Below, in pieces: positions 18,480 through 29,178 of a stretch of DNA of 64,000 nt. Source of the DNA: an uncultured Trueperaceae bacterium. GTDB taxonomy: Bacteria; Deinococcota; Deinococci; Deinococcales; Trueperaceae. A program made the translations under genes and the position numbers. The notes below the pieces were generated by a model. It saw only the letters and a list, made by a program, of their open reading frames with translations, searched no databases and was not told the origin of the DNA. Within the stretch, counting starts at the first letter, position 1; each line of letters starts with the position of its first letter. The stretch spans positions 160,001-224,000 of the forward strand of contig CAVSGP010000006.1 of the NCBI GenBank assembly GCA_963727505.1, written 5' to 3'.

Positions 18480-19670
18480 ATGTTCAAGAGATTCGTACTC
18501 GTGGTCGCGGCTGCGCTGTTCGCCGTGACGGGCTTGGCGATGGCCCAAGGTCCCATCAAGATCGGGATCTCGCTTCCCCTGACCGGTATGTTCTCGCAAC
18601 CGGGCGGAGCTGCCCAGAAGGGGTACCAGGTCTGGGCCAAGATCGTGAACGACAACGGTGGCCTCCTCGGTCGCCAGGTGCAGCTCGACATCAAGGACGA
18701 CGCCAGCGACCAGAACACCATCGTTTCGGACTACAACCGTCTGATCACACAGGACAAGGTCGACCTCGTGCTCGGCACGTTCTCGTCGCTGCTGAATCTG
18801 CCCGCGTCGGCGGTGGCCGAGAAGTATCGCATGCTCTACGTCGAACCGGCCGGCGGCGCGCCGAAGATGTTCGACCGCGGCTTCCAGTACCTGTTCTTCG
18901 CGCAGCAGGCAACGGCCAACCACCAGGGTGACCAGTTCGTGAAGTGGGTGTTGTCGCTGCCGGCGGACCAGCGGCCCAAGACGGCGGCCTACCCCACGCA
19001 GGACGATCCGTTCACCAAGCCCGTGATCGAAGGCATCCGCACGCAGCTCGAAGCTGCGGGCATCAAGACCGTCTACCAGACCACATATCCGCCCGATACC
19101 TCGAACTTCGACACCATCGCCAGCGCCATCAAGAACAGCGGCGCCGAGCTGGTTGCCGAAGGCGCCGTCTTCCAGGACGGCGTGAGCATCATCCGCTCGT
19201 TCCAGAAGCTGGGGTACAGCCCCAAGGTGTTGTTCGAGACCTCGGCGCCCTCCGAGAGCGAGCAGTTCTCCAGCGGCATCGGGATGGCCAACACCGAGGG
19301 CATCTTCTACGCCGTGAGCTGGAATGCGCAGCTCCCCACCAACATGAACAAGAAGTTCGTCGACACCTATCAACAGATGTTCGGCGCTGGGCAGATCCCG
19401 GCCGAGGACGCGGCCGACGCCTTCGCCACGGCGCAGGTGATGCAGAAGGCGGTCGAGGCCGTGGGATCGCTGGATCAGGCCAAGCTCAAGGACTGGCTGC
19501 ACGCCAACAGTGTCGACACGATTCTCGGCAACCTCTCCTGGGACGAGACCGGCGCGCCGCAATCGGCGTTCCTGCTGGCGCAGTGGCAGAAGGGCAAGGC
19601 GGAGATCGTGTTGCCGCGTGACGTCGCCACCTCGCCGACGATCACCTTCCCGAAGCCTGGATGGCAGTAA
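18480..19670 (+). CDS. Liv/HAAT-type ABC transporter substrate-binding protein (copy 1)
   Basis: Signal peptide; PIKIGISLPLTG...NGGLLGRQVQL...DDAS type I periplasmic-binding pattern. Confidence 0.9.
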   Translation: MFKRFVLVVAAALFAVTGLAMAQGPIKIGISLPLTGMFSQPGGAAQKGYQVWAKIVNDNGGLLGRQVQLDIKDDASDQNTIVSDYNRLITQDKVDLVLGTFSSLLNLPASAVAEKYRMLYVEPAGGAPKMFDRGFQYLFFAQQATANHQGDQFVKWVLSLPADQRPKTAAYPTQDDPFTKPVIEGIRTQLEAAGIKTVYQTTYPPDTSNFDTIASAIKNSGAELVAEGAVFQDGVSIIRSFQKLGYSPKVLFETSAPSESEQFSSGIGMANTEGIFYAVSWNAQLPTNMNKKFVDTYQQMFGAGQIPAEDAADAFATAQVMQKAVEAVGSLDQAKLKDWLHANSVDTILGNLSWDETGAPQSAFLLAQWQKGKAEIVLPRDVATSPTITFPKPGWQ

Positions 19671-19687
19671 GCCCCACCTCGAGGCGT

Positions 19688-19717
19688 GGGCGGGACCCCT
19701 TCCGGGGGGTCCCGCCC
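19688..19717 (+). terminator. Stem-loop after SBP gene (stabiliser or partial terminator)
   Basis: GGGCGGGACCCCT-TCCG-GGGGGTCCCGCCC; no U-tract. Confidence 0.5.
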
Positions 19718-19785
19718 CGCCCTAGAGTTCTCCCGGCGCTCGGCGCCGGCATCCGCGCGCCGACCTCCGGCCGTCGAGGAGACGC

Positions 19786-20667
19786 ATGACACTGTTGGTC
19801 CAGACGATCCTCCTGGGGCTGCTCATCGGGGGGGTCTACGCCCTGTTCGCGTCCGGTCTCACCCTGGTGTTCGGGGTGATGGGAATTGTCAACGTCGCGC
19901 ATCCGGCGTTCCTGGTGCTCGCCGGATTGTTCACCTACGAGCTGTGGTCGCGCCTCGGCATCGATCCGTTGCTGCTCACCGTGGTCACGACCCCGTTGAT
20001 GTTCGCTCTGGGCTGGTTGGTCTACAAGGGGCTCATCGCGAGGGTGCGCTCTGGACCGGTCTCGATGTCGGTGGTGTTGACCTTCGGCCTGGCCATCGCG
20101 CTCGAAGGCGCCATGGGCATGACGTGGGGGAACCGCTTCTTTTCCGTCACGCCCCCCTATTTCAACCAATCGTTCCACCTCGGGGTGCTGGTGCTACCCA
20201 AGGCCCAGGTCTTCGGCTGCATCGCTTCCGTGGTGGTCCTGTTGCTGCTCTATCTGTTGCTGACGCGCACCTGGGTCGGACGGGCGATCCGCAGCGCTTC
20301 GGAGAACCCGGAAGGCGCCCATCTCGTTGGCATCGACATCGGCACGGTGGCCGCCCTGACGTTCGCCATAGGCGCCGCCACGGCCGGCGTGGGCGGGTCC
20401 GTGATGGCCATCATGTACCCGATCTTCCCGGCCTCCCAGTACGTGTGGATCTCCCGCACCCTCGGCATCATCGTGCTGGGTGGCATGGGGAGCCTTCCCG
20501 GCGCCGTGGTGGGGGCGCTGATCCTGGGCGCCGCCGAGACCCTGACGGCCACCTACATCTCCACGCAGTGGGCGGTGGTGGTCTTCTACCTCGTCATCCT
20601 GGTGGTGCTCATGGTGCGGCCGGAGGGATTGATGGGCGCCCGGGTCCGGAAGGACGTGGTGGCATGA
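19786..20667 (+). CDS. Liv-type ABC permease (LivH-like)
   Basis: GLTLVFGVMGIVNVAH, GRAIRS and IVLGGMGSLPG motifs. Confidence 0.92.
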   Translation: MTLLVQTILLGLLIGGVYALFASGLTLVFGVMGIVNVAHPAFLVLAGLFTYELWSRLGIDPLLLTVVTTPLMFALGWLVYKGLIARVRSGPVSMSVVLTFGLAIALEGAMGMTWGNRFFSVTPPYFNQSFHLGVLVLPKAQVFGCIASVVVLLLLYLLLTRTWVGRAIRSASENPEGAHLVGIDIGTVAALTFAIGAATAGVGGSVMAIMYPIFPASQYVWISRTLGIIVLGGMGSLPGAVVGALILGAAETLTATYISTQWAVVVFYLVILVVLMVRPEGLMGARVRKDVVA

Positions 20668-22523
20668 CCGGCTCCCCGAAGCCGGCGGCGGCACGCCGAT
20701 CCGTCCTCACCTGGCGTAACGCGCTGTTTGCGGTGGCGGGTCTGGCCCTCGTCGCCTACCCGCTGGTGCGGCCAGGCGATCAGTACCAGCAGACCGTGCT
20801 CATCCTCATCTTCTTGCTCGGTGTGATGGCGACGGGCTGGAACGTCATCGCCGGCTTCACCGGCTACGTGTCGCTGGGGCAGAGCGCCTTCCTGGGGCTG
20901 GGCGCATATACCGTCGGACTGCTGACGCGCGTCGTGCATGTCTCGCCGTTCCTCCTGGCGCCGCTCGGCGGCATCGTGGCGGCGCTGGTGGCGGCGCTGC
21001 TCGGCTCGACCATCATGCGCACCCGCGAACACGCCTACGTCATCATCACCATCGCCTTCCTGTTCCTCATGCAGGCCATCGGTCTGAACGCCCCCGGGTT
21101 CACCGGCGGTTCCGATGGCATCACGCTTCCGCTCCCCCCATGGGGGCTCGGCATCGGCAACATGCCGTTCTACTACGCACTGTTCGGCCTCATGCTGCTG
21201 TCGGTCCTGATGACGTGGTGGATCCGCCGTACCAAGTTCGGCATGGGGCTTGTGGCGATCCGTGAGGACGAGGACAAGGCGGCGGCCATCGGCGTGCGGA
21301 CCAGCGTCTACAAGATCCTGGCCACCATCGCCAGCGGCGTGCTCATCGGCGTGGCCGGCGGCGTGTACGCCTACTTCCTGACGTTCATCGATCCGCGAGG
21401 CATGTTCGCGATCCTGGTCAGCGTACAGATCGTCCTCGCGACCCTCATCGGGGGTTTGGGGAGCATCTGGGGGCCGGTCCTGGGCGCGTTCCTGGTGGTG
21501 CCCATGAACGAGGTCACCAACGGCATCGTGGCCGCTCAGGGTGTCCACCTGTTCGTGTTCGGGCTGGTGCTCATGGCGGTCGTGATGTTCCTGCCGCGGG
21601 GACTCCTCCCCACCGTGCGCGGCTGGGTGGATCGCCGACGTGGCACCACTGTCGCGTTCGAACGCAGGCAGAGCGTGCCGAAGGTGGTGGAGCTGAGCGC
21701 CCCACCGGCGGCCGCCGCGCAGGGTCGATGGGCCGGTCGCAGCGACCGCACCCGTCCGCTGCTCGAGATCGATGGGTTGGTGAAGCGCTTCGGTGGCATC
21801 ACCGCCGTGGACGACTGCTCGTTCAGCGTCGCCGAGGGCAGCCTGACCGGCCTCATCGGCCCCAACGGGTCGGGCAAGACCACGGTGTTCAACCTCGTCA
21901 GCGGGATGATGCGCGCCAACGAGGGCTCCATCCGGCTGGACGGCGAGCGGATCGATGCGCTGCAACCCTGGGACCGGGCGTACCGCGGGCTGGGGCGCAC
22001 CTTCCAGAGCACCCGGCTCTTCCCCAAGCTGACCGTGATGGAGAACGTGGTGGCGCCGCTGAAGAGCTTCCAGTGGAACCTGCTGCCGGCCGACGCCGTC
22101 AGCGGACCCGAGGCCCGGCGGGGGATGGAGCTGCTCGACTTCGTGGGGCTGGCGGACTTCGGGCAGCAGCCCGCGTGGCAGCTCTCCTTCGGGCAGAAGA
22201 AGCTGGTCGAGCTGGCGCAGCTCCTCATGCTCGAGCCCCGCCTGATCCTGCTCGACGAGCCGGCAGGCGGCATCAACCCCGGCCTGATCGAGCGCATCTC
22301 CGACACCATCCGTGCGCTCAACAAGCAGGGCCTCACCTTCGTGATCGTGGAGCACAACATGCCGATGGTCCTCGACCTGTGCGATTCGATGCTGGTGATG
22401 GCGCGCGGCAGCGTCATCGCGAAGGGGAGCCCCGACGAGATCCAGAGCAACCCAGTAGTGCTCGACGCCTACCTGGGCGAGGACTGGAACCGCGAGGCCG
22501 AGCTCGAGGAGGCGAGGGCCTGA
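20664..22523 (+). CDS. Fused Liv-type permease-ATPase (LivM-LivG-like)
   Basis: ATGA overlap with previous gene. N-half has [10 protein letters not shown] and [10 protein letters not shown]-half has [13 protein letters not shown] and LLDEP, all in one open frame. Confidence 0.88.
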   Translation: MTGSPKPAAARRSVLTWRNALFAVAGLALVAYPLVRPGDQYQQTVLILIFLLGVMATGWNVIAGFTGYVSLGQSAFLGLGAYTVGLLTRVVHVSPFLLAPLGGIVAALVAALLGSTIMRTREHAYVIITIAFLFLMQAIGLNAPGFTGGSDGITLPLPPWGLGIGNMPFYYALFGLMLLSVLMTWWIRRTKFGMGLVAIREDEDKAAAIGVRTSVYKILATIASGVLIGVAGGVYAYFLTFIDPRGMFAILVSVQIVLATLIGGLGSIWGPVLGAFLVVPMNEVTNGIVAAQGVHLFVFGLVLMAVVMFLPRGLLPTVRGWVDRRRGTTVAFERRQSVPKVVELSAPPAAAAQGRWAGRSDRTRPLLEIDGLVKRFGGITAVDDCSFSVAEGSLTGLIGPNGSGKTTVFNLVSGMMRANEGSIRLDGERIDALQPWDRAYRGLGRTFQSTRLFPKLTVMENVVAPLKSFQWNLLPADAVSGPEARRGMELLDFVGLADFGQQPAWQLSFGQKKLVELAQLLMLEPRLILLDEPAGGINPGLIERISDTIRALNKQGLTFVIVEHNMPMVLDLCDSMLVMARGSVIAKGSPDEIQSNPVVLDAYLGEDWNREAELEEARA

Positions 22524-23257
22524 TGGCGGCCGTTCTCGAGATGACGGGCGTGGTGTCGGGCTACAACGGGGCTCGTGTCCTGCAGGGCGTCGATCTGGCG
22601 ATCGAGTCCGGCGCCATCACCTGCGTGGTGGGTCCGAACGGCGCGGGCAAGTCGACGCTGCTCAAGACGGTGAGCGGCGTGTGCCGCGTGATCGAGGGGT
22701 CGATCCGCCTCAACGGCTCGGAGTCGCTCGCGACCCTGTCGCCCAGCCAGATCCTGGCACGCGGGGTGGTGCAGGTGCCGCAGCAGAACGCCCTGTTCCC
22801 CAGCCTCACGGTCAAGGACAACGTGCTGATGGGCGCCTACATCCTGCGAGGCAAGCCGGGGCTGGTACGCAAGCGCTACCGGGAGGTCGAGGATCTCATC
22901 CCGCTGGTGCACGACCGCGCCTCGGACAAGGCGGGCAACCTGTCGGGCGGGCAGCGGCGCGCCGTCGAGTTCGCGCGCAGCCTCATGCTCGATCCCAGCC
23001 TGGTGCTGCTCGACGAGCCCTCGCTGGGCTTGGACCGAAAGAGCCTGAAACAGGTGTGGGACCTCATCGCCGGGATGCGCGACCGCGGCCGCACCATCCT
23101 GTTGGTGGAGCAGAACGTCCGGCTGGGCCTGGGTTCGGCCGATTACGGGGTGGTGCTGGAGGGCGGGCGCGTGCGCCTCGAGGGCCCGGCCCGGGAGGTC
23201 CTCGAACATCCCGAGATCGCCGATCTCTACCTCGGCGGCACCGTCCGGGATGCCTGA
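22523..23257 (+). CDS. Liv-type ABC ATPase (LivF-like)
   Basis: [23 protein letters not shown] and LVEQN motifs. Confidence 0.92.
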   Translation: MAAVLEMTGVVSGYNGARVLQGVDLAIESGAITCVVGPNGAGKSTLLKTVSGVCRVIEGSIRLNGSESLATLSPSQILARGVVQVPQQNALFPSLTVKDNVLMGAYILRGKPGLVRKRYREVEDLIPLVHDRASDKAGNLSGGQRRAVEFARSLMLDPSLVLLDEPSLGLDRKSLKQVWDLIAGMRDRGRTILLVEQNVRLGLGSADYGVVLEGGRVRLEGPAREVLEHPEIADLYLGGTVRDA

Positions 23258-23359
23258 GCGCGGGAAGCGGGTACGTCGCCCCCGCCGGAGCGGCCGGCGA
23301 CGCCGCCCGCGGCGCCCCTCCGCCGCGGGGATGCGGCCCCCTCTCCGGAGGTGGGTGCG

Positions 23360-24304
23360 GTGACGGGCGTGCTGTGGGCGGCCGTGGCAGGTGTTGCCTA
23401 CGGCGTGTTCCAGGCCGTGAACCGCGGCACGCTCGTCGACATGGACGTGCTGGAGTCCACCTTCCTCCAGCTCCTGGTGAGCTCGTTGGTGCTGGTGGTG
23501 CTGGTGCTCGGGCTGCGCGGCGTGACGCTGGGGCAGATCCCGGCCGCCGCCGTGCTGTACTTCGGCCTGGCGGGCCTCGTCCACTTCGTGGGCGGCTGGA
23601 CGCTCCTGAACCGCAGCCAGAAGCTGCTGGGGGCGGCCCGCACCAGCCCGCTGCTGGCGTCGGTGCCGCTCTTCGGCACGGCCCTGGCGCTCGTCGTCCT
23701 GCGCGAGGTTCCGAGCCTGGCGGCCGTGGCGGGCATGACCACCATCGTCGCGGGCGTCTACGTGGTGCAGCTCGACCGGGCGCGCCGCTTGGCGCGTGCG
23801 GCCGCGGCCGCCGGGTCGGCCGGCGCCGACGGGTCGACCGGTGGCTGGAGGCGGGCGCTGGCGTCGTCGCGCTTCGGGCTCGGCGCGGCTCTGTGCTGGT
23901 CGATCAGCCCGCTGTTCATCCGGCGCGGGCTGGACGCCATGGACGCGCCCATGGTGGGGGTCACGCTCGGGTTGCTCGCCGCAACGCTGGCCTACGGGGG
24001 GATCCTCGCCGTCCGCCGCCGCGCCCCGTGGCGCGGCGTGCCGGCGCGGGCCATGAGCTGGAAGATCGTCGCCGGCGTACTGGTGGGGTTCGCGACCTGG
24101 ACCCGCTGGTACGCCCTGTCGCTCAACCCCGTTACGGTGGTGCTCAGCCTCGGCCTGCTCTCCGTGCCCACCGTCATCGCCCTGGCCCCGCTGCTGGCGG
24201 GCCGCCACCTGGAGCAGGTGACCCGCGCCGTGGTGCTGGGCTCGGCGCTGGTCGTGGTGGGTGCGCTGGTGCTGGTCGCCCCCGGCGTGAGGAGTTCGAT
24301 GTGA
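23360..24304 (+). CDS. EamA/DMT family transporter
   Basis: About 10 hydrophobic segments in two repeats; GGAGG RBS before GTG 23360. Confidence 0.8.
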   Translation: MTGVLWAAVAGVAYGVFQAVNRGTLVDMDVLESTFLQLLVSSLVLVVLVLGLRGVTLGQIPAAAVLYFGLAGLVHFVGGWTLLNRSQKLLGAARTSPLLASVPLFGTALALVVLREVPSLAAVAGMTTIVAGVYVVQLDRARRLARAAAAAGSAGADGSTGGWRRALASSRFGLGAALCWSISPLFIRRGLDAMDAPMVGVTLGLLAATLAYGGILAVRRRAPWRGVPARAMSWKIVAGVLVGFATWTRWYALSLNPVTVVLSLGLLSVPTVIALAPLLAGRHLEQVTRAVVLGSALVVVGALVLVAPGVRSSM

Positions 24305-25309
24305 ACGTAGACGTCCATTGCCACGCCATCGTCCCTGAGATGCTGCGAGGGGCGGGTGGCGACGAGCCCTGGCGACCGTCGGTCACGTGGGAGGACGGCG
24401 CGCAGGTGGTGGCCTACCGCGGCAAGAGGATCCGTTCCGCCGTCCGTGAGTTCGTACGGGTCGATCAGATGCTGGAGGAGGCGGCAAGCGAAGGCGTCGA
24501 CCACGTGGTGCTCTCGCCGTGGGTCAACTTGCTCCCCTTCGAGCCTCGCGGTGGACGAAGCGCTGGCGGTATGCGGGCTGCAGAACGAGGCGCTGTCCCG
24601 CGCGGCCCGGGCCCATCCGGGGCGGGTGAGCGGGCTCGGCGCCGTGCCGCTGCAGGACCCGGAACGCGCCGCCGAAGAGCTGGAGCGCGTCATGGGCCTG
24701 CCGGGGATGCTCGGCGTCGAGACCAGCGCCAGCGTGCAGGGCGCCTACCTCGGCGACGACCGCTTCCTGCCCTTCTGGGAGGCCGCCGAGCGCCTCGGAG
24801 CGCTGGTGTTCGTCCATCCGACCACCAAGGGCTTCGGGCTGCCGGTGTTCGAGGACTACTACATGTGGAACACCGTCGCCAACCCCATGGAGACCGCGGT
24901 CACCGCCGCGCACATGGTGATGGCGGGCGTGATGGAACGCCATCCGGAGCTCCGGGTGCTGCTCGCACACGGCGGCGGAGCGCTGCTGGCGCTGCGTGGC
25001 CGGCTGCGCCACGCGGCCTCCTTCCAACCGCAGGCGCGAGCGCGACTCGAGGGCTCCTTCGACGACTCGCTCCGGCGCTTCTATTACGACACCGTCACCT
25101 TCGACGGCGAGCTGCTCCGTTCGCTCGTCGATTACGTCGGTCCCGAGCGCGTGCTGCTCGGGACCGACCGGCCCTTCGACATGGGCACCGCCCGGTCGGT
25201 CGAAGAGGTGCGTGCCCTGCAGCTTCCCGAAGCGCAGGAGCGGGAGCTGCTGGGCGGCAACGCCGAGCGCCTGTTCGGACTGTCGGCCACCGTCACGGCA
25301 GGGCGATGA
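24301..25309 (+). CDS. Amidohydrolase-2 / ACMSD-like decarboxylase, interrupted by a +1 frameshift at ~24544
   Basis: N-part VDVHCHAIVP...LSPWVNLLPFE is in one frame. LAVDEA...VFVHP, AHGGG, YYDT and GTDRPF are in the next frame. GTGA overlap with the DMT stop. Confidence 0.82.
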
Positions 25310-25349
25310 GCGTGCGAGTCCATCGCTCCATGACGCGGAGGGTGCCGGC

Positions 25350-26930
25350 ATGAGCGAGGCTTTCGACGTCGTCGTCGCCGGGGCCGGGCATAACAGTCTG
25401 GTCACGGCGGCCTACCTCGCCAAGGCGGGGTTCCGATGCCTGGTGCTGGAGTCGCGTCACGAGGTAGGGGGCGACACCAACACCGAGGCACTCACCCTGC
25501 CCGGCTTCCGCCACGACGCCTGCTCGACGGCGCACACGTTGCTGCAGAGCAGCCCGCTGCTGCGTGACGACGAGCTGGACCTCGAGCGCTACGGGCTCAC
25601 CTACCTCCACCCCGACCCGGTGGTGCACGTTCCCTTCCCGGACGGCACCTCGATCACGCAGTGGCGCGACCCGGAACGCACGGCCGCGGAGCTGGCGCGC
25701 TTCTCCGAGCGCGACGCGGCCGCCTACCTGCGGGCGCTGGCCGAGTACGAGGAGGTGGCCCCGTTGTTCGGGCGCCACCGCTACACCCCCATCGGCTGGG
25801 GGCCGTCGCTGGCCGAACGGCTGGCCGAGCACCCGCACGGCAACCGCTGGCTGCGACGCCAGGCCATGAGCGCCTGGGACATCATCGAGGACACCTACGA
25901 GAGCGAACGGGTCCGTGCGTTCATGCTGTGGATGGCCTTCATGACGATGCAGCCGCCCGAACGGCCCGGCACCGGCCGGCTGGCGTACTCCCTGATCTAC
26001 GGCCGTCAGAAGCACAGCTGGACCCTTCCCAGGGGCGGCTCGGGCTCGCTGCCCGCGGCGCTGGCGCGGCTCATCGAGGATCGGGGCGGGGTCATCCTGA
26101 CCGACCGTCGAGTGCGCCGGCTGCTGCTCGAGCACGGGCGCTGCATCGGCGTTCAGACCGAGGACGGCGAGGAGCACCGCGCGACGAGGGCCGTGCTCTC
26201 GACCATCCACATCAAGCACCTGGTCGGCATGGCTCCGGCCGCGGCCTGGGGCGAGGACTTCCTCTACGGCGTGCGCACCTGGAAGGCGGGGGTGTCGATG
26301 TTCGTCACCCACTACGCCACCACCGAGCCGCCGCAGTTCGCGGTGGAGGGCGGCACCCTGACCGCCTCGGCCAGCGGTACGCCGGGCTCGGTGGCGCGCA
26401 TGCTGCGCGTCGCGCCCGAGTTCCGCCGCGGCACCGTGGCCGACGACGACCCCGTGCTGCTGGTGCTGTGCCAGACCGTAGCCGACCCCTCGCGCGCGCC
26501 GGAAGGCAGGCACACCCTGAAGGTGGTCGGGTTCCAGCCCTACGAGCTCGCCGAGGGCGCCGAACGCTGGGACGCCCTCGAGGAGGAGGTGTCGGAGGCC
26601 AACCTGGCACAGCTCCGGCGCTACGCCCCCAACCTCACCGAGGACACCATCCTCGCACGGGTGATCGAGAGCCCGCTGGGGCTGGAGCGCTTCAACGAGC
26701 ACAACTGGCACGGCTCCTGCCACGGCGGCGACGCCTCGCCGGCGCAGTCCGGCGCGCTGCGCCCCGCGCCCGGCTGGGCGGACCACCGTACGCCGATCGA
26801 GGGGCTCTACCAGACCGGCGCCACCACGCATCCCGGAGGGTCGGTGTCCGCCGGGCCGGGTCGCAACGCGGCCATGGTCATGCTCCGGGATCTAGGAACC
26901 AGTCTCGAGGAGGTCGTGCAGCGTGCCTGA
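25350..26930 (+). CDS. FAD-dependent oxidoreductase, phytoene-dehydrogenase/PYROXD2-like
   Basis: DVVVAGAGHNSLVTAAYLAKAG, LTLPGFRHD, PRGGSGSL and GLYQTGATTHPGGSVSAGPGRNAA motifs. Confidence 0.88.
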   Translation: MSEAFDVVVAGAGHNSLVTAAYLAKAGFRCLVLESRHEVGGDTNTEALTLPGFRHDACSTAHTLLQSSPLLRDDELDLERYGLTYLHPDPVVHVPFPDGTSITQWRDPERTAAELARFSERDAAAYLRALAEYEEVAPLFGRHRYTPIGWGPSLAERLAEHPHGNRWLRRQAMSAWDIIEDTYESERVRAFMLWMAFMTMQPPERPGTGRLAYSLIYGRQKHSWTLPRGGSGSLPAALARLIEDRGGVILTDRRVRRLLLEHGRCIGVQTEDGEEHRATRAVLSTIHIKHLVGMAPAAAWGEDFLYGVRTWKAGVSMFVTHYATTEPPQFAVEGGTLTASASGTPGSVARMLRVAPEFRRGTVADDDPVLLVLCQTVADPSRAPEGRHTLKVVGFQPYELAEGAERWDALEEEVSEANLAQLRRYAPNLTEDTILARVIESPLGLERFNEHNWHGSCHGGDASPAQSGALRPAPGWADHRTPIEGLYQTGATTHPGGSVSAGPGRNAAMVMLRDLGTSLEEVVQRA

Positions 26931-27981
26931 CAAGAAGATCGAGTCCGCCGTTCTCAACTGGGCCCCGCGCTTCACATCGCAGGGCGTCGACTACAACGAC
27001 TTCGTGCGGGTCACCGCGGGTCTGGAGCGCTGGGACGACTGGCTCGACGCCTGGAGCGCCAACGGCGACACGCACGCCGAGCTCGCCGAGCAGGCCGAGG
27101 AGCGGGGGCGCACGCTGTCGGCCGGGGAAGCCTGGGTGCGCGCCGCGCTGAGCTACCACTTCGCCAAGTTCGTGTGGATGGTCGACATGGCGAAGTACCG
27201 CGCGGCCGCGGACCGCGCGGTGAACGCGTTGCGCCAGGCGCACCGCCTGCTCGACCCCAGTGCCGAGCGTCTCGAGGTGCCGTTCGAGGGCGGCAGGATC
27301 GTCGGCAACTTGCGGCGGCCGGCCGGCATCCCGCGGCCGCCGCTGGTGCTGCTCCTGCCCGGCCTCGACTCCACCAAGGAGGAGTTCTTCAACTGGGAGA
27401 ACGTGTTCCTGGCGCGCGGTATGGCGACGCTGTCGCTCGACGGGCCCGGCCAGGGCGAGACCGGCTACCACACCGTGATCCACCCGAACTACGAGGTCGG
27501 CCCGGCGGCGATGCTCGACCATCTCGCCGGCCGCGGCGACCTCGACCTCGAGCGCGTCGGCGTGGCCGGCGTATCGCTGGGCGGGTACTACGCCCCGCGC
27601 ACGGCCGCTTTCGAGCCGCGCATCAAGGCCGTATGCGCCATCGGCGGGCCCTACAACTTCGGCGAGTTCTTCGCCGAGCGTCCCGCCATCTCGCGCGAGA
27701 CCTTCCTCCACCATTCGGGCACCGACAGCCTGGAGGCGGCCCAGGCGGTCGCCAGCCGACTCAGCCTGGAGGGGGTGGCGGAAAGGATCGCGCAACCCTT
27801 CCTGGTGATCTTCGGCAAGCTGGACCGGCTGGTGCCCTACCAGCAGGCGGAGCGGGTGGCGGCCGAGGCCCCCAACGCGCAGCTGGTCATGTATCCCGAC
27901 GGCAACCACGTCTGCAACAACCTGCCCTACAAGTACCGCCCCCTGGCCGGGGACTGGATGGCGGAGCGGCTACGTGGTTGA
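26923..27981 (+). CDS. Alpha/beta hydrolase resembling 2,6-dihydroxypseudooxynicotine hydrolase
   Basis: SAGEAW, GLDSTKEE, RGMATLSLDGPGQGE, GVSLGG (Ser nucleophile) and DGNHVCNN motifs match my recollection of Arthrobacter DHPON hydrolase. Confidence 0.8.
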   Translation: MPDKKIESAVLNWAPRFTSQGVDYNDFVRVTAGLERWDDWLDAWSANGDTHAELAEQAEERGRTLSAGEAWVRAALSYHFAKFVWMVDMAKYRAAADRAVNALRQAHRLLDPSAERLEVPFEGGRIVGNLRRPAGIPRPPLVLLLPGLDSTKEEFFNWENVFLARGMATLSLDGPGQGETGYHTVIHPNYEVGPAAMLDHLAGRGDLDLERVGVAGVSLGGYYAPRTAAFEPRIKAVCAIGGPYNFGEFFAERPAISRETFLHHSGTDSLEAAQAVASRLSLEGVAERIAQPFLVIFGKLDRLVPYQQAERVAAEAPNAQLVMYPDGNHVCNNLPYKYRPLAGDWMAERLRG

Positions 27982-29178
27982 CCGGTTCACCAATGGCGAG
28001 ATGGCGCGGCGCTGGGGCATCGCGCGCGACCTCATGGACGAACACGAGCTGGACGCCCTGCTCCTGTTCGGGAACTCGGGGGTGAACCGCCACAACGAGG
28101 CCAACGTCTTCTGGCTCTCCAACCACCTCGACCTGCACCACTGCTACCTGATCGCGCCGCGCGACGAGGGTCTGCCGGCCGCCCTCTACACCGGGCTGAC
28201 CAACCACGTCCCCAACGCCAGGCAGGTCAGCGACGTGCCGGACATCGCCTGGGGCGGCTATGACCCCGCCGCCACGGTGGCCGCCCGCCTGCGCGAACAG
28301 GGCCTCGGGAGTGCACGCCTCGGGCTGGTCGGCGTCAACGCCACCTTCGGCATGGGCATGCCCTACGCGCACCTCCGGACGCTGCGCGAGGCTCTGCCGG
28401 GACTGAGCGTCGTCGACGTCACCCGCGCCTTCGCGGCGCTCCGCGCCGTCAAGTCGGGCGAGGAGATCGCCTGGCTGCGCAAGGCGGCGAGCTTCACCGA
28501 CCGCACCATCCGCGCCCTGCAGGCCGAGGTCCGGCCCGGGATGCCGGAGTACGCCCTGCTCGACATCATCGAGCACGCCTACCGCGCCGACGGGGGCCAG
28601 CCCCACATCGCGTTCCTGCGCTCCATGCCGATGGACGCACCCAACGGCTGCCTGCCGGCACAGAATCCCTCGGACCGGCGCATCGAGCACGGGGACGTCA
28701 TCATCACCGAGATCAGCGCCTCCTGGTGGGGCTACTCCGGCCAGATCCACCGGCCGGTGTTCGTGGGGGCCGAGCCCACCCCGCCGTGGCAGCGCATGTT
28801 CGACACCGCTCGGGAGGCCTACCAGCGTATGGCCGAGGTGATCCGTCCGGGCGCCAGCGAGGGCGACGTCATCCGCGCCGCATCGGTCATCGGCGAGCGC
28901 GGCTACGCCATCTACGACGACCTCATCCACGGCTACGGGGTCGACATCCATCCACCGCTCGTCGACCGCTCGTGCTGCCGTTACTGGCCCTGGGACGATG
29001 CTCGTCCCGCGCCTGCCGGGCGCCGGTTCGAGGCCGGCATGGCCATCGTGATCCAGCCCAACCCGATCACTCCCGACGAGCGCATGGGGCTGCAGCTCGG
29101 CGCGCTCACGGTCGTCACCGGAGCCGGGGCCGAGTCGCTGCACAGGTCCCGTTCGAGCCGGTGGTGACGACGGCATGA
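27974..29178 (+). CDS. M24-fold hydrolase lacking canonical metal ligands; probable -1 frameshift at ~29145
   Basis: RAVKSGEEI, VRPGMPE, GDVIITEIS, GYSGQIHRP, HGYG and IVIQPN motifs. As read it ends at 29167; the shifted tail VPFEPVVTTA* ends at 29178, overlapping the next ATG. Confidence 0.78.

Noticed and set aside
22681..25353. 890-aa ORF as a single protein
   Set aside because: Off-frame overlap of LivF and DMT genes. Only 24301-24543 is real coding sequence (N-terminus of the frameshifted amidohydrolase).
25350..26930. Carotenoid desaturase/ketolase (crtI/crtO)
   Set aside because: No crt genes nearby. It is embedded in a catabolic operon, so only the fold-level call is kept.
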